Shown here: piece after piece, positions 1-9,511 of the stretch | Layout of the letters: each line of letters opens with the position of its first letter | Numbering within the stretch: the stretch's first letter is position 1 | From: Candidatus Omnitrophota bacterium | GTDB lineage: Bacteria; Omnitrophota; Gorgyraeia; Tantalellales; Tantalellaceae | Direction of reading: 5' to 3' | Assembly (NCBI GenBank): GCA_049642065.1 | Contig: JBAROK010000099.1 | Coordinates: forward strand, 6,744-70,743 | Length of the DNA: 64,000 nt | Notes under the pieces: generated by a model | What the model was told of the DNA's origin: nothing | What the model saw: the letters and a program-made list of their open reading frames with translations, nothing else | Database searches by the model: none | Program-made: the position numbers and the translations under genes

Positions 1-888
1 GTTGCGTACTCTCCTAGCCTCTTCCATCGGTTTGCATGTCTCTTCCGCTACTTTTTCGATGAGGCGTATCGTGACCTTGAGCTTGCGCATGATCTTCAGT
101 ATCGTATCCTCTTTTTTCGAAAGCCGTACGCGTTTTATAAGCTGTCGTTTTCTGTCTTCCAGCCTACCTGAATCCGCGCCCGGCTGTATATCCAGAAAAT
201 CGTCAAGGTTATACTCATTATCAAAAGCTTCTTCAATCTGATCAAGCACCCGCTCTCTTCCCAGCTTGATCCCGAATACTATCTCTTTAAAATCTTTCTC
301 TTTCGTCTTAATCCGTTTGGCTAGTTCCAACTCTTCATTACGGGTAAGCAGCGGGATCTGTCCCATCTGTTTCAGGTACATCTTTACCGGATCATCTATC
401 TGTACAAACTTCCGTGCTTTGACCTTTTTTTTGTCAGTCTTAACGGCAAGGGGTATTTTTTCGACTTCTTCTTCGGAGTCGACCACCTTGATATCGGCGC
501 TATGAAGCGCCGTTATGACCTCGTCGATCTCATCGGAAGAAACAACATCGTCAGGAAGAAGATCATTTACTTCGTCATAACTGAGGTAGCCTTTGTCCTT
601 ACCCGCTCTTATAAGCTTACGGACAATAGCTGAACGGCTTTTTTCATGTTCGGTAGATTCTTCCATTTCACCCGAGACAACTTTTGCAGTTGCCGGTTTT
701 CTTGCAGTCTTAGGGGCTCTTGTCTTCTTTTCGGGTTTCGAAGCCTTTTTAGCCTTGGCTGGTTTGCTGGCTTTTGCCGTTTTTTTAGTCTTCGGCTTCA
801 GCGGTTTTTTGCCCCGGACCGTTTTCTTTGCCGCTGTCGTCTTCTTTTTTTTGACGATCTTCTTTGCCTTTTTCTTTTTTATTGGCAT
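1..888 (-). CDS. rpoD: RNA polymerase sigma-70 factor RpoD, N-terminal part; the gene runs off the window at position 1
   Basis: Reverse-complement translation from the ATG at 888-886 gives MPIKKKKAKK...YLSYDEVNDLLPDDVVSSDEIDEVITALHSADIKVV...DPVKMYLKQMGQIPLLTRNEELELAKRI, the sigma-70 region 1.1/1.2 signature. It lies immediately downstream of dnaG in the classic dnaG-rpoD arrangement. The ORF track omits it because no stop falls inside the window. Confidence 0.85.
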   Translation of the reverse strand, partial: MPIKKKKAKKIVKKKKTTAAKKTVRGKKPLKPKTKKTAKASKPAKAKKASKPEKKTRAPKTARKPATAKVVSGEMEESTEHEKSRSAIVRKLIRAGKDKGYLSYDEVNDLLPDDVVSSDEIDEVITALHSADIKVVDSEEEVEKIPLAVKTDKKKVKARKFVQIDDPVKMYLKQMGQIPLLTRNEELELAKRIKTKEKDFKEIVFGIKLGRERVLDQIEEAFDNEYNLDDFLDIQPGADSGRLEDRKRQLIKRVRLSKKEDTILKIMRKLKVTIRLIEKVAEETCKPMEEARRVRN

Positions 889-890
889 AG

Positions 891-2672
891 TTATGCGACT
901 TTCTCCTTATGTATCTGATTAAGTTTATCGGTGATATTCTTTATCTTTACCACCAGATCCATGATCTCTTTATCGTCCTTTGACTCCTGAGCTTTTTTTA
1001 GTCTCTGGTTAAGCTGTTTCAGTTGATCCTCGTTGTTTTCTTTTCTTACGTAAAAAATACAGTCGTTCAGCGCGCGTTCCAGATCCTGCGTTATATCAGC
1101 CTTCGCCAGCGCCTGGACTGCGGCATCTTTAGCGCTATTGCTATGCTCAAGTCGGCTTAGAAGTTTCCCGGGGTTGATCTCTTCGTCGCCATTATTGTAC
1201 ATTTCATTCACTATTTCTAAAGCTGTCTTCACATGCGGATCGCAGAACTTATCCAGCCCAAGTTCGGCTTTCAGTTTTGTGAACATTTTCTTGTTTACAA
1301 TAGCCAGCCCCAACAAGTGCACTTCGCTGCTTTTGTAATTATTTGAGTTCGGCTCTGCCTTAACCTCAGAAGCGTAATGATAAGAATAGCCCGGTTTTAC
1401 CTTCTTCATCTCATGACGCAATGATTGTTCGTGTAACCCAAGACGTTCGGCAAGTTTCTTAAGATAATCCGATTTAATGACGTCATTATCCACCTTGGCT
1501 ATGGTAGGAAGCATCTCGTCCGTTATACCTCCTATGTCGCGTGTGCCCAGTTTTTTGACCAGTAGATCCAGCTTATAGTCAAAGAGCCCTTTGGCAGAAT
1601 CTATAGCGCTTTCAAAGCCCTCTTTGCCTTTCTTCTTGATGAAACTATCCGGATCGTCCCCTTCAGGAAGGGTAGCTATCCGCACCTTCATCCCGCTCTC
1701 AATGAGGATATCAAGTCCGCGCAGGCTGGCGGCTTCTCCTGCCTGGTCTGAATCGAACACCATAACAGCCGTATCCGTATATTTTTTCAGCATACTCACC
1801 TGGTTGGTGGTAAGCGCCGTACCGGAAGTGGCCACCGTATTGGTAACGCCATATTGAGACGGCACAACCACATCCATGTATCCTTCTGTCAGAACCGCGC
1901 ATCCTTTTTCACGTATGCCACGTTTACTGAAATTCAAACCGTAAAGGATATTGCTCTTACTGTAGATCACAGTCTCGGGAGAATTAATATATTTGGGGAG
2001 CGAATCATCCATGACCCTTCCCCCAAAAGCAACAATCTTGCCTCTTTCGTTGAATATGGGGAAGATTATCCTGTTGCGAAACCGGTCATAATCGCCTTTC
2101 CCTTTTTCACTTGGTATGGTCAGTCCGGCTTTTCTCAAAAGATCCACGGTTATTTTTTTGCTTTCGCAATACCGCCTGAGCGATTCCCATTCATCCGGTG
2201 CGTATCCTATCCTAAACGCACTTAACGTATCGGTATCTATACCGCGTCTCGTCAGATATTCAAGAGCCTTTTTTCCTTTTACGCTCCTAAGAGTGCCTTG
2301 AAAAAAAGCAGCTGCTACATCGTTTATTTCGTAAAGACGGGTGGCGACAGAAGGTGCGCCTCCCGCATCCGTTTCATGTTTCGGCACTTCCACGCCGGCC
2401 CTGTCTGCCAGCATCCTGACAGTCTCAGGGAAATCCATGTTCTCGTATTTCATGACGAAGTTAATAAGATTCCCGCCGGCATGGCACCCGAAACAATGGT
2501 ATATCTGCTTATCCGGGCTGACCACAAAAGAAGCGGTCTTCTCGTTATGAAACGGACAGCAAGCCTTAAAATTCCTACCGGCTTTCTTTAGCTGAATGTA
2601 TCCAGAAACGATTTCGACTATATCTAGCTTGTCCAGTATCCTGTCTATTATCTCTTGCGGTATCTTTCCCAT
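891..2672 (-). CDS. dnaG: DNA primase DnaG
   Basis: The 593-aa product carries the zinc-ribbon motif CPFHNEKTASFVVSPDKQIYHCFGCHAGGN and a TOPRIM region (VLTEGYMDVV...FDSDQAG). Its stop at 891-893 is 2 nt from the rpoD start. Confidence 0.9.
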   Translation of the reverse strand: MGKIPQEIIDRILDKLDIVEIVSGYIQLKKAGRNFKACCPFHNEKTASFVVSPDKQIYHCFGCHAGGNLINFVMKYENMDFPETVRMLADRAGVEVPKHETDAGGAPSVATRLYEINDVAAAFFQGTLRSVKGKKALEYLTRRGIDTDTLSAFRIGYAPDEWESLRRYCESKKITVDLLRKAGLTIPSEKGKGDYDRFRNRIIFPIFNERGKIVAFGGRVMDDSLPKYINSPETVIYSKSNILYGLNFSKRGIREKGCAVLTEGYMDVVVPSQYGVTNTVATSGTALTTNQVSMLKKYTDTAVMVFDSDQAGEAASLRGLDILIESGMKVRIATLPEGDDPDSFIKKKGKEGFESAIDSAKGLFDYKLDLLVKKLGTRDIGGITDEMLPTIAKVDNDVIKSDYLKKLAERLGLHEQSLRHEMKKVKPGYSYHYASEVKAEPNSNNYKSSEVHLLGLAIVNKKMFTKLKAELGLDKFCDPHVKTALEIVNEMYNNGDEEINPGKLLSRLEHSNSAKDAAVQALAKADITQDLERALNDCIFYVRKENNEDQLKQLNQRLKKAQESKDDKEIMDLVVKIKNITDKLNQIHKEKVA

Positions 2673-2678
2673 GAAAAT

Positions 2679-3635
2679 CTACTTGCGCCTCACTCTCCTG
2701 AACCCAGAACACTCGATGAACTTCAATTTCTCTTTTTTCTCTATTGCATCATACAAGATATTCATGCCCAGATTATCGCTTGAAATATGCCCGGCGATAA
2801 CGTAGTTGATAAATTCACCTTTTGCCAGCTTAAAAGCGGATTCCTTGCAATGCATTCCTATGACCGTCTTGACCCCTGCCTGCGAGAGCCTGCCGAAAAG
2901 CCTATCAGGACCGGAAGTACCCCCAGTCATATCAATAAATATTTTACCTGCATCGCTCTTCTCCTCGCCTATGAGGATGAAGGGGCCGGCACTGACCTTC
3001 ATGCCTTCTTTATATTCAGGTATGTTTTTGAGAAGGCTCAGAACGTTCTTAAGTTTTTTCGGTTTCTTACTATCAAATAGTTTCTGAAGGTATTTCGCTA
3101 CGCAATTATCGGCAGCGGTATGAGTACACATAAAAGGTATACCGAGCAGCTTGGCGGCATCAATAGCTCTTGTATGGTTAATGGGTGAAAGCCCGCGGGA
3201 TACCTCTTCCATACGGTCCTTCATAAGGCCTCCTGCCACTTCTGATGAGAGACCGTACTTTTCCCAAAGAGAAGGCTGTATATCCATTACTTTATTAAGT
3301 TGTGCAAGGCCTCTTCCCGCAGGGTGATGCGAGATGACCAAGTCTATCTTTACGCCTTTTTCTCTTAAACGATCCGCAAGAAGCAGCTCAGGAACACCGA
3401 CATCTATGCCAACCATCACTGTTTTAACATCCTCATTGCCAGAGCCATTAAGTATCCGGGTATCGGCATAAGGGTTCTTAAGGCTTTCTTTATCAAAGGT
3501 TTGTTTATCTATCCCCTTCGCCTTATGGTATTCTTTCCTGGCTTTTTTAAGTCCCTCCTCAATAACTTTTTTGGGCCTCTGGTCTTCTTGAATCCCTTTC
3601 TTTACGACAAGCTCGTATATTGTCCTAAGCTTCAT
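2679..3635 (-). CDS. NIF3-family (DUF34) dinuclear-metal-centre protein with an N-terminal extension
   Basis: An ISHHP motif and a C-terminal IAGHISSD motif (compare AGHYATE in NIF3 proteins) are present. The gene is 6 nt upstream of dnaG, as in the yqfO / dnaG / sigA neighbourhood of Bacillus. Confidence 0.55.
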   Translation of the reverse strand: MKLRTIYELVVKKGIQEDQRPKKVIEEGLKKARKEYHKAKGIDKQTFDKESLKNPYADTRILNGSGNEDVKTVMVGIDVGVPELLLADRLREKGVKIDLVISHHPAGRGLAQLNKVMDIQPSLWEKYGLSSEVAGGLMKDRMEEVSRGLSPINHTRAIDAAKLLGIPFMCTHTAADNCVAKYLQKLFDSKKPKKLKNVLSLLKNIPEYKEGMKVSAGPFILIGEEKSDAGKIFIDMTGGTSGPDRLFGRLSQAGVKTVIGMHCKESAFKLAKGEFINYVIAGHISSDNLGMNILYDAIEKKEKLKFIECSGFRRVRRK

Positions 3636-4197
3636 CTTCTTTCCCTTTCCTTGTAGATGTTACAAGATCATCAACAACTTCTTCCCGACCTTTCACTCCG
3701 GATATTTTTGCAACCTTGGTCATCCAGCTGTAGAGCTGAGCATCCAAATTAACAAAAAGCATGCACGTCTTCGACCCCTCCATAGCAGATGCGCGAACCT
3801 GATCCATCGGAGTAAGTATCAGAAGCATCCCTATGGCCCCGAACAGCATACATCCCCTGAAAGATGCAAGAATTGCTCCTCCAATCCGTTCTATAGGAGC
3901 GGACTCCTCGGAGTTCATAACGTTAAATACTCTTTCAAGAAGTTTAATTACAACAAAAATTACCGCGGAAATAACAAAAAACGATACCGGTTGTGACCAT
4001 TTTTGAAGCAAAAAACCGAATATTGCTTTAGAGAAATAATTATAATACCCTATCGAAAAGAAAATTAAGACAAACCACCCTATCAGAGAAAGTATCTGAC
4101 AACCAACACCGGTCCGTAATCCTTTATAAACCATTCCCAGCAAAAGGATTATAAAAACTATGTCCAACCAGTTAATTTGTTCTAATATTGCAGGCAA
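3625..4197 (-). CDS. cvpA: CvpA-family membrane protein
   Basis: The N-terminus INWLDIVFIILLLGMVYKGLRTG followed by four TM helices is typical of the colicin V production protein family. Confidence 0.5.
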   Translation of the reverse strand: MPAILEQINWLDIVFIILLLGMVYKGLRTGVGCQILSLIGWFVLIFFSIGYYNYFSKAIFGFLLQKWSQPVSFFVISAVIFVVIKLLERVFNVMNSEESAPIERIGGAILASFRGCMLFGAIGMLLILTPMDQVRASAMEGSKTCMLFVNLDAQLYSWMTKVAKISGVKGREEVVDDLVTSTRKGKEDEA

Positions 4198-4306
4198 GGT
4201 ATTCCCCCTAATGGAAACCAGAGTATATCATATTATTTTTATTAAAACAAGACCTGTGGATAAAAGGAAAGTAGGATTTTGGTTACACTAACGATTTGCG
4301 GTTATT

Positions 4307-5587
4307 TTACACATTTTTGCTCTTCCCGACCAGGCAGGGTATGTCTTTATCTATGTTTTCGACCATTACAGATACAATATTCCCCTTATCTGCCTCTGAA
4401 CCGTCTATCCTTACGCGCAAATATTCACCACTATACCCTTCCGTCCAGCTGCCGGCAGATCTTTCTTCTACGAGTACTTCCACTTCTTTACTGATGAATT
4501 CCTTGCAAAATTCGGCTTGAAGCAGGTCCCCGTCTGCAATCAGACGGCTAACCCTATCCTTGGCAACATCAACCGGTATCTTACCGGAAAATCCGGACGA
4601 AACTGTACCTTTTCGGTCGCTATACTTAAAAACATGCAACCTCGATGGTTTCATCTCGTTTATGAACTCCCTTGATTTAGCAAAATCCTCTTCTTTCTCG
4701 TCCGGGAAGCCAGCTATTACGTCCATGGTCACCCCAGCTAAAGGCATTTTGAATCTTATCCACTCGAGAAGATTTCTGAACTGCGCCGTGTCATATCTTC
4801 TATTCATGAGTTTAAGCACCCTGTCCGATCCGCTTTGAAGAGGCACGTGCAAATGCCGGCATACTTTCTTCGAAACAGATATAGCTTCTATAAGAGAGTC
4901 TGTTATATGGTTGGGCTCCAAAGAACTGAGCCTTATCCTGAAATCTCCTTTAATGCTCTCTATCGATTCTATAAAAGCTGAAAGATCCTGTCCCCTGCTA
5001 CCTTTCCACGATCCTAGGCAGATGCCCGTTAACACTATCTCCTTGTGTCTGCACGATACAAGCCTTATAAGCTCATCTGCGATCTCATCCTCGTGCCTGC
5101 TGCGTGAAGGCCCCCTCACTAGATTGACCTTGCAATAAGAACAGTCTTGGTCACATCCGTCCTGCATCTTCAGAAAGGCTCGGGTGTGGTCACTGAACCC
5201 GGATATACCGCTTTGCGCAGGGCCTCCGACCTTACCGGTGAAAAGAGAGTCTATCATGACGGGAAGGTCCTCTTTGTTTTTTCCCGGCACCACCTCATCC
5301 ACTTCCGGCATAGACCTTAACTTTTCGATATCTTCTTCAAATACGGCGTAGCACCCGGTAACAAACACTTTGATATGCGGATTGTCTCTTTTTACTTTAC
5401 GTATTAATTTCCGCGTCTTAACATCGGCCGTATCAGTTACAGTACAGGAATTCAGTATAAATATATCAGCATCCCCGGGATCCGATTCGGTGAATCCGAA
5501 CCGTAAGAGATTCTCTCTTATAAGCTGTTCTTCGTACTGGTTCACTTTGCAGCCTAAAGCTTTTACTGCGAATTTAGGTTTTTTCAT
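4307..5587 (-). CDS. mtaB: Radical-SAM methylthiotransferase, MtaB-like (tRNA t6A37 methylthiotransferase)
   Basis: An MTTase N-domain (KALGCKVNQYEEQ, SCTVTDTAD), a radical-SAM cysteine motif (CDQDCSYC) and a C-terminal TRAM-like domain are present. Confidence 0.75.
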   Translation of the reverse strand: MKKPKFAVKALGCKVNQYEEQLIRENLLRFGFTESDPGDADIFILNSCTVTDTADVKTRKLIRKVKRDNPHIKVFVTGCYAVFEEDIEKLRSMPEVDEVVPGKNKEDLPVMIDSLFTGKVGGPAQSGISGFSDHTRAFLKMQDGCDQDCSYCKVNLVRGPSRSRHEDEIADELIRLVSCRHKEIVLTGICLGSWKGSRGQDLSAFIESIESIKGDFRIRLSSLEPNHITDSLIEAISVSKKVCRHLHVPLQSGSDRVLKLMNRRYDTAQFRNLLEWIRFKMPLAGVTMDVIAGFPDEKEEDFAKSREFINEMKPSRLHVFKYSDRKGTVSSGFSGKIPVDVAKDRVSRLIADGDLLQAEFCKEFISKEVEVLVEERSAGSWTEGYSGEYLRVRIDGSEADKGNIVSVMVENIDKDIPCLVGKSKNV

Positions 5588-5607
5588 AGTCTTATTTTTT
5601 GGAATAA

Positions 5608-6345
5608 TTACACAGAGAACTCATAATCCAGGACGGATAAAAGAGCTAACCCCGCGGTATCACTCTTTAAAACTCTTTTACCGAGCGAGACGAACCTACA
5701 GTTCTCAACGTCTGCCATCTTCATCTCTTCAGGGGTGAAATCCCCTTCGGGTCCAATAAAAACCAGTATTTTCCCGCTTTTGAACCCTTCCAGGGACTTT
5801 CTTAATGAAATTGTCTTATCAGTAAGACACGCAAAAAGGACCAGATCGTACCGGTCCATCCTATCGATCATTTCACTGAATTCCGTTACCGCGTCAATCT
5901 CGGGTACATCCGTACGGCCGCACTGTTTCGCCGCTTCAACGGCTAATTTTTTCCATCTTTCCACTTTTTTTCTGCATCCCGCGTCATCCGGTCTGACAAT
6001 AGTCCTGTCACTGACTAACGGAATAACTTCACTGGCCCCCAACTCTGTCGCCTTCTCTATGATATAGTCCATTTTGCCTTTTTTGGGTAATGCTTGCGCA
6101 AGCGTTATCTCCGGCACGCGTTTAGAAGAAGGTTTCTCCGTCCGGATTATTTCCACCAAGAGTCTCCTAGCTGTTCTGTCCGTATTCTTAATAAATCCGA
6201 TATACTCGTTACCCGTACCATCAAAGACAACGACCTTATCGCCGTCCTGCATCCGCATAACGTCAAGAATATGATGTGCTTCCTTGCCGTCTATCAAGAT
6301 ATCTTCTTTGCCCACCTTTTCCGGTGATACGTAAAATCTACTCAT
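5608..6345 (-). CDS. rsmE: 16S rRNA (uracil1498-N3)-methyltransferase RsmE
   Basis: MSRFYVSPEKV...ILIDGKEAHHILDVMRMQDGDKVVVFDGTGNEYIGFI is the RsmE PUA-like N-terminus, and a SPOUT C-domain follows. The start is taken at the internal Met (MSRFY) rather than the ORF-track start at 6417. Confidence 0.75.
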   Translation of the reverse strand: MSRFYVSPEKVGKEDILIDGKEAHHILDVMRMQDGDKVVVFDGTGNEYIGFIKNTDRTARRLLVEIIRTEKPSSKRVPEITLAQALPKKGKMDYIIEKATELGASEVIPLVSDRTIVRPDDAGCRKKVERWKKLAVEAAKQCGRTDVPEIDAVTEFSEMIDRMDRYDLVLFACLTDKTISLRKSLEGFKSGKILVFIGPEGDFTPEEMKMADVENCRFVSLGKRVLKSDTAGLALLSVLDYEFSV

Positions 6346-7840
6346 TAGCTGTTTCTTTCTCCCCAAAAACTTCCGCCGTGAACACATATATATCGCATTC
6401 TCCAGTCTTCCATGCATTAGCCGGAATACCAGCCTTATGCATGCAAAGACTGTTCATAAACTCTTCTCTATCCCATCCTGTTTCGTCTGCAACCTGAGGT
6501 AAATATACCCCGCCTCTCAATCCCATCCGTACCATGACCCCGTGTTTTCCCACCTCAATTTCATTGTAATCATCTATCTTCCTCATGGGAGATAACGCAG
6601 ATATCTCTATATCCACATCGTCAAGCTCATCAAGAGTCGTAGAAGGAAATCTCGGATCTTCGGTAGCAGCAGCTATGGCCATGTCTCTCACTGTAAGATG
6701 CAGCGGCCCTGATGCGGCCATGTGCCCAATACAACCTCTTAGCGCACCGGTTTTATGTAAAGTCACAAAAGCTCCCATATCCTGTTTTAAGGCTTCGTCG
6801 TCAATCTCAGGCTCCAAACGTTTTCCTGTTTCGAGATAATATTTTATGGTATCTCTAGCTAACCTTAAAAGCTTCTTCCTCTGAGCTTCGTCGAACATAT
6901 CTGCCTCCTTGCCTTTTTTGGCTGGCTGTTCGCGCTTGGGGTTTTTGCCACTCCTTACAAAAGCAGCGCTCATATACCCGACAACACTGTCCTTCATCCC
7001 TGAAGTGTCTCCAGAATTGGCGTACTTTAATATTTTTACTTCGTCCGCGCCCAGTTTTTTAGACGCTTTCATTACCGCATATACCGCGCCAAAACCGCAC
7101 ATCCTTTCATCGTTCTTGTCTCCAAGGCTCTTCATGTAAAACTTCTCAGGATCAAACGATTCTATTGAGTCAATAGTAGTAGCATCCTGCTTCTTCGCAA
7201 CCTCATAAGGCTTCTGATGGCACATATCGGTACTTGCGACCAACGCAAAATCTTTCTCGTCTTTCAATACCTCATAAAGCGCATCAGCTAAAACGTCCGA
7301 ATTATCCATAGATTGATCAGCGATAGCTATAAGCACTAACTTAGCGTCTTTTAGCGCTACCTGCACGAAGGGTACTTCCATTTCGACTGAATTTTCCGAA
7401 ACAAACGCCTGCGGTATATATTCGATCCTGTCACTGTACGCTATTAGTTTTTCAGAGAGATCTTTGTCTATAACCGCTTTGCCCAGCGGTGTGACAAAGG
7501 TTTTTTCCATAAGCACAGAAATGCGGTTCGGAAAATACCTCCTGTGAGTGAATCCGACTATGATGACTTTGGCAGGAGGATTAGCCATTAAGGCCTTGAA
7601 CGAGTACGCTGCGATCGGTCCGGAATACCGGTATCCAGCGTGAGGAGCGATAACGCCGATAACGTCCCCCTCTATCTCGCCAAGGCGAGCGTTATTAAGA
7701 TATTTTTCAAGTTCGGCTTTGAGCTGTTGAGGGGAACCAGAGTACCATGATCCGGCAAGATCCGCCTGCTTTGCTAGCGAACATGCTGCAGGCAGAAACA
7801 ACACTAATATCAGGAATAATGAAGTAATTCGTGTTTTCAT
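6338..7840 (-). CDS. Secreted fusion protein with an N-terminal Memo-like domain (AmmeMemoRadiSam system protein B) and a C-terminal AMMECR1 domain (protein A)
   Basis: A signal peptide is present (MKTRITSLFLILVLFLPAAC). The Memo motif is GVIAPHAGYRYSGPIAAYSF. The C-terminal AMMECR1 motif is GAFVTLHKTGALRGCIGHM...GGVYLPQVADETGWDREEF. The start is taken at MKTRIT (7840); the ORF track extends it to 7915. Confidence 0.7.
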   Translation of the reverse strand: MKTRITSLFLILVLFLPAACSLAKQADLAGSWYSGSPQQLKAELEKYLNNARLGEIEGDVIGVIAPHAGYRYSGPIAAYSFKALMANPPAKVIIVGFTHRRYFPNRISVLMEKTFVTPLGKAVIDKDLSEKLIAYSDRIEYIPQAFVSENSVEMEVPFVQVALKDAKLVLIAIADQSMDNSDVLADALYEVLKDEKDFALVASTDMCHQKPYEVAKKQDATTIDSIESFDPEKFYMKSLGDKNDERMCGFGAVYAVMKASKKLGADEVKILKYANSGDTSGMKDSVVGYMSAAFVRSGKNPKREQPAKKGKEADMFDEAQRKKLLRLARDTIKYYLETGKRLEPEIDDEALKQDMGAFVTLHKTGALRGCIGHMAASGPLHLTVRDMAIAAATEDPRFPSTTLDELDDVDIEISALSPMRKIDDYNEIEVGKHGVMVRMGLRGGVYLPQVADETGWDREEFMNSLCMHKAGIPANAWKTGECDIYVFTAEVFGEKETANE

Positions 7841-7868
7841 AACCACCAGCCTTACGGGAACCGACTCT

Positions 7869-8330
7869 CTATTCAGCCTGTGTCGACATAACCCCGCGGA
7901 TCCCTTCAAAGACACCTATGTTCATAGCGTCTACGCACTGATAACACAACCCGCGAAGATCAGGTCCGGTTTCAAGCCATAACCCGTTATAATCGCTGTA
8001 GGTAAAAGGCTTCCCATCCACATTCATTTCAATAATCTCAGAACTGGCAGAAGCGATCACATACCCCAGCCTTCTTCCCCTGTTCGTAACCAACCTGCGC
8101 ACGATCACGTGAATATACACGCCAGGATCTTCGTCCACGATCTCTACATCAGGCAGCGCTTCAAAAGCAGTATTAATATAGTCCGAAACTTGCCGGTCAA
8201 CATCCTTCTCCGCGACTACTTCGATCTTTACGCGGATCTTATCGGATTCGGACAGTGCAAATGGACAAGAGAAATTGATCCCTATAAGCGTGACCAATAA
8301 TATTAACGCTAATTTTCTCATTGAATACAT
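7869..8330 (-). CDS. Hypothetical secreted protein, about 154 aa
   Basis: The ORF-track entry 7869..8477 runs through a tRNA gene, so the real start is placed at the internal MYSMRKLALILLVTLIGINF signal peptide. No family was recognised. Confidence 0.35.
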   Translation of the reverse strand: MYSMRKLALILLVTLIGINFSCPFALSESDKIRVKIEVVAEKDVDRQVSDYINTAFEALPDVEIVDEDPGVYIHVIVRRLVTNRGRRLGYVIASASSEIIEMNVDGKPFTYSDYNGLWLETGPDLRGLCYQCVDAMNIGVFEGIRGVMSTQAE

Positions 8331-8371
8331 AAGAAATGAGGATAAGCGACCAGGACCCTGATCTTTTAAAA

Positions 8372-8447
8372 TGGTGGAGCAGATGGGATTCGAACCCACG
8401 ACCCCCACGTTGCGAACGTGATGCTCTCCCAACTGAGCTACTGCCCC
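8372..8447 (-). tRNA. tRNA-Ala (anticodon CGC)
   Basis: The reverse complement is GGGGCAGTAGCTCAGTTGGGAGAGCATCACGTTCGCAACGTGGGGGTCGTGGGTTCGAATCCCATCTGCTCCACCA. It shows a 7-bp acceptor stem with the G3:U70 Ala identity pair, a D arm, the anticodon loop TTCGCAA, a T arm GTGGGTTCGAATCCCAT and an encoded CCA. Confidence 0.85.
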
Positions 8448-8465
8448 ACCTGAAAATTGGAAATC

Positions 8466-8493
8466 ATTATAACACATTTTCTTAAAACGTAAA
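8466..8493 (-). promoter_or_regulatory. Putative sigma-70 promoter for tRNA-Ala
   Basis: On the minus strand the sequence is TTTACG, 16 nt spacer, TATAAT. The -10 hexamer lies 18 nt upstream of the tRNA 5' end. Confidence 0.35.
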
Positions 8494-8510
8494 GCTTTCT
8501 GCCTTTTATT

Positions 8511-9437
8511 CTATTCTACAAATACTTTCACACATTCTTCAATAGTACCGAAATGTATATCAACCGTGTCTTCCCTGTCAACGGCATATCCGCCGGCAAG
8601 GGTTACAGATACAGGCACATCAAAATTCCGTGCCTGAGTATACACGAAATTGTCTCTTTCCCTCAATCCTTCCTTTGAAAGCGCAAGGTTGCCGAGCTGA
8701 TCCCCTTCATAAGGGTCTGCTCCGGCCACATACAATATTAAATCCGGCTTGAACGTATTGATAATCTTGGGGACCTTATCGTAGAGCTGAGCAAGATACT
8801 CTTTATCTCTGGTAAAATCGCTCAGACCGATATCCAGGTCACTCGCCGGTTTATGAAAAGGATAGTTCTTCTCTTGGTGTATTGAAAAAGTAAATACAGA
8901 AGAATCTTTTTGAAAAGTAAAAGCGGTCCCGTTACCCTGATGAACATCGCAATCGACCACAAGGGCTTTTTTAATAGATCCTTCTTCCTGCAATACCTTG
9001 ATACTCACTGCTACATCATTCAACACGCAAAACCCCTCACCGTGATCCGGAAAAGCGTGATGAAACCCTCCTCCCAGATGTACTGCGGCTTTTCCTTTTA
9101 TTGCACGGCGTACCGCCGTAAGAGTCCCTCCGCAGCAGGTGAACGAAGCTTCCGCAAGTTCTTTAGAATATGGGACCTCCATCGTGGCAATTTCTTCCGC
9201 GCTTAAATTCCCCGTCTTCAGCTTACTGATATATTCTTCTGTATGAACTGTCAGCACCTCTTCGTCAGTCACCTTCTCAGGCAATACAAACTCACATTTA
9301 TCCCGCAAAAGCTCGTCCGAATCGATGCGTTTCTTTAACAGCTTGTACTTGGATGTAGGGAATACATGGTCCCCTATATCCACATAATAAGATTCCGAAT
9401 AAATAATCGGTACTTTGGACGGTTTATCTAGTAACAT
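8511..9437 (-). CDS. Histone-deacetylase-family hydrolase (AcuC / acetylpolyamine amidohydrolase-like)
   Basis: Arginase/deacetylase fold motifs are present: HLGGGFHHAFPDHGEGFCVLNDVAV and VVDCDVHQGNGT. Confidence 0.8.
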   Translation of the reverse strand: MLLDKPSKVPIIYSESYYVDIGDHVFPTSKYKLLKKRIDSDELLRDKCEFVLPEKVTDEEVLTVHTEEYISKLKTGNLSAEEIATMEVPYSKELAEASFTCCGGTLTAVRRAIKGKAAVHLGGGFHHAFPDHGEGFCVLNDVAVSIKVLQEEGSIKKALVVDCDVHQGNGTAFTFQKDSSVFTFSIHQEKNYPFHKPASDLDIGLSDFTRDKEYLAQLYDKVPKIINTFKPDLILYVAGADPYEGDQLGNLALSKEGLRERDNFVYTQARNFDVPVSVTLAGGYAVDREDTVDIHFGTIEECVKVFVE

Positions 9438-9511
9438 AACTGCTGTTTTTATTTAACCCTTAAGATCAGTTTCTTGTCTACAGGTTACGAAAATATAAAA
9501 TGGTCTGCGAT

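Noticed and set aside
593-922. Plus-strand ORFs 593..922 and 646..918 at the left edge.
   Set aside because: They overlap the minus-strand rpoD N-terminal region, which has an unmistakable sigma-70 translation. Their products are hydrophobic, F-rich nonsense.
4307-5587. The MtaB-like radical-SAM gene as the missing radical-SAM partner of the Memo-AMMECR1 fusion.
   Set aside because: It has the complete MTTase N-domain, radical-SAM core and TRAM-like architecture of tRNA methylthiotransferases. The AmmeMemoRadiSam activase belongs to a different radical-SAM family (PFL-activase-like). Proximity here is coincidental housekeeping synteny.
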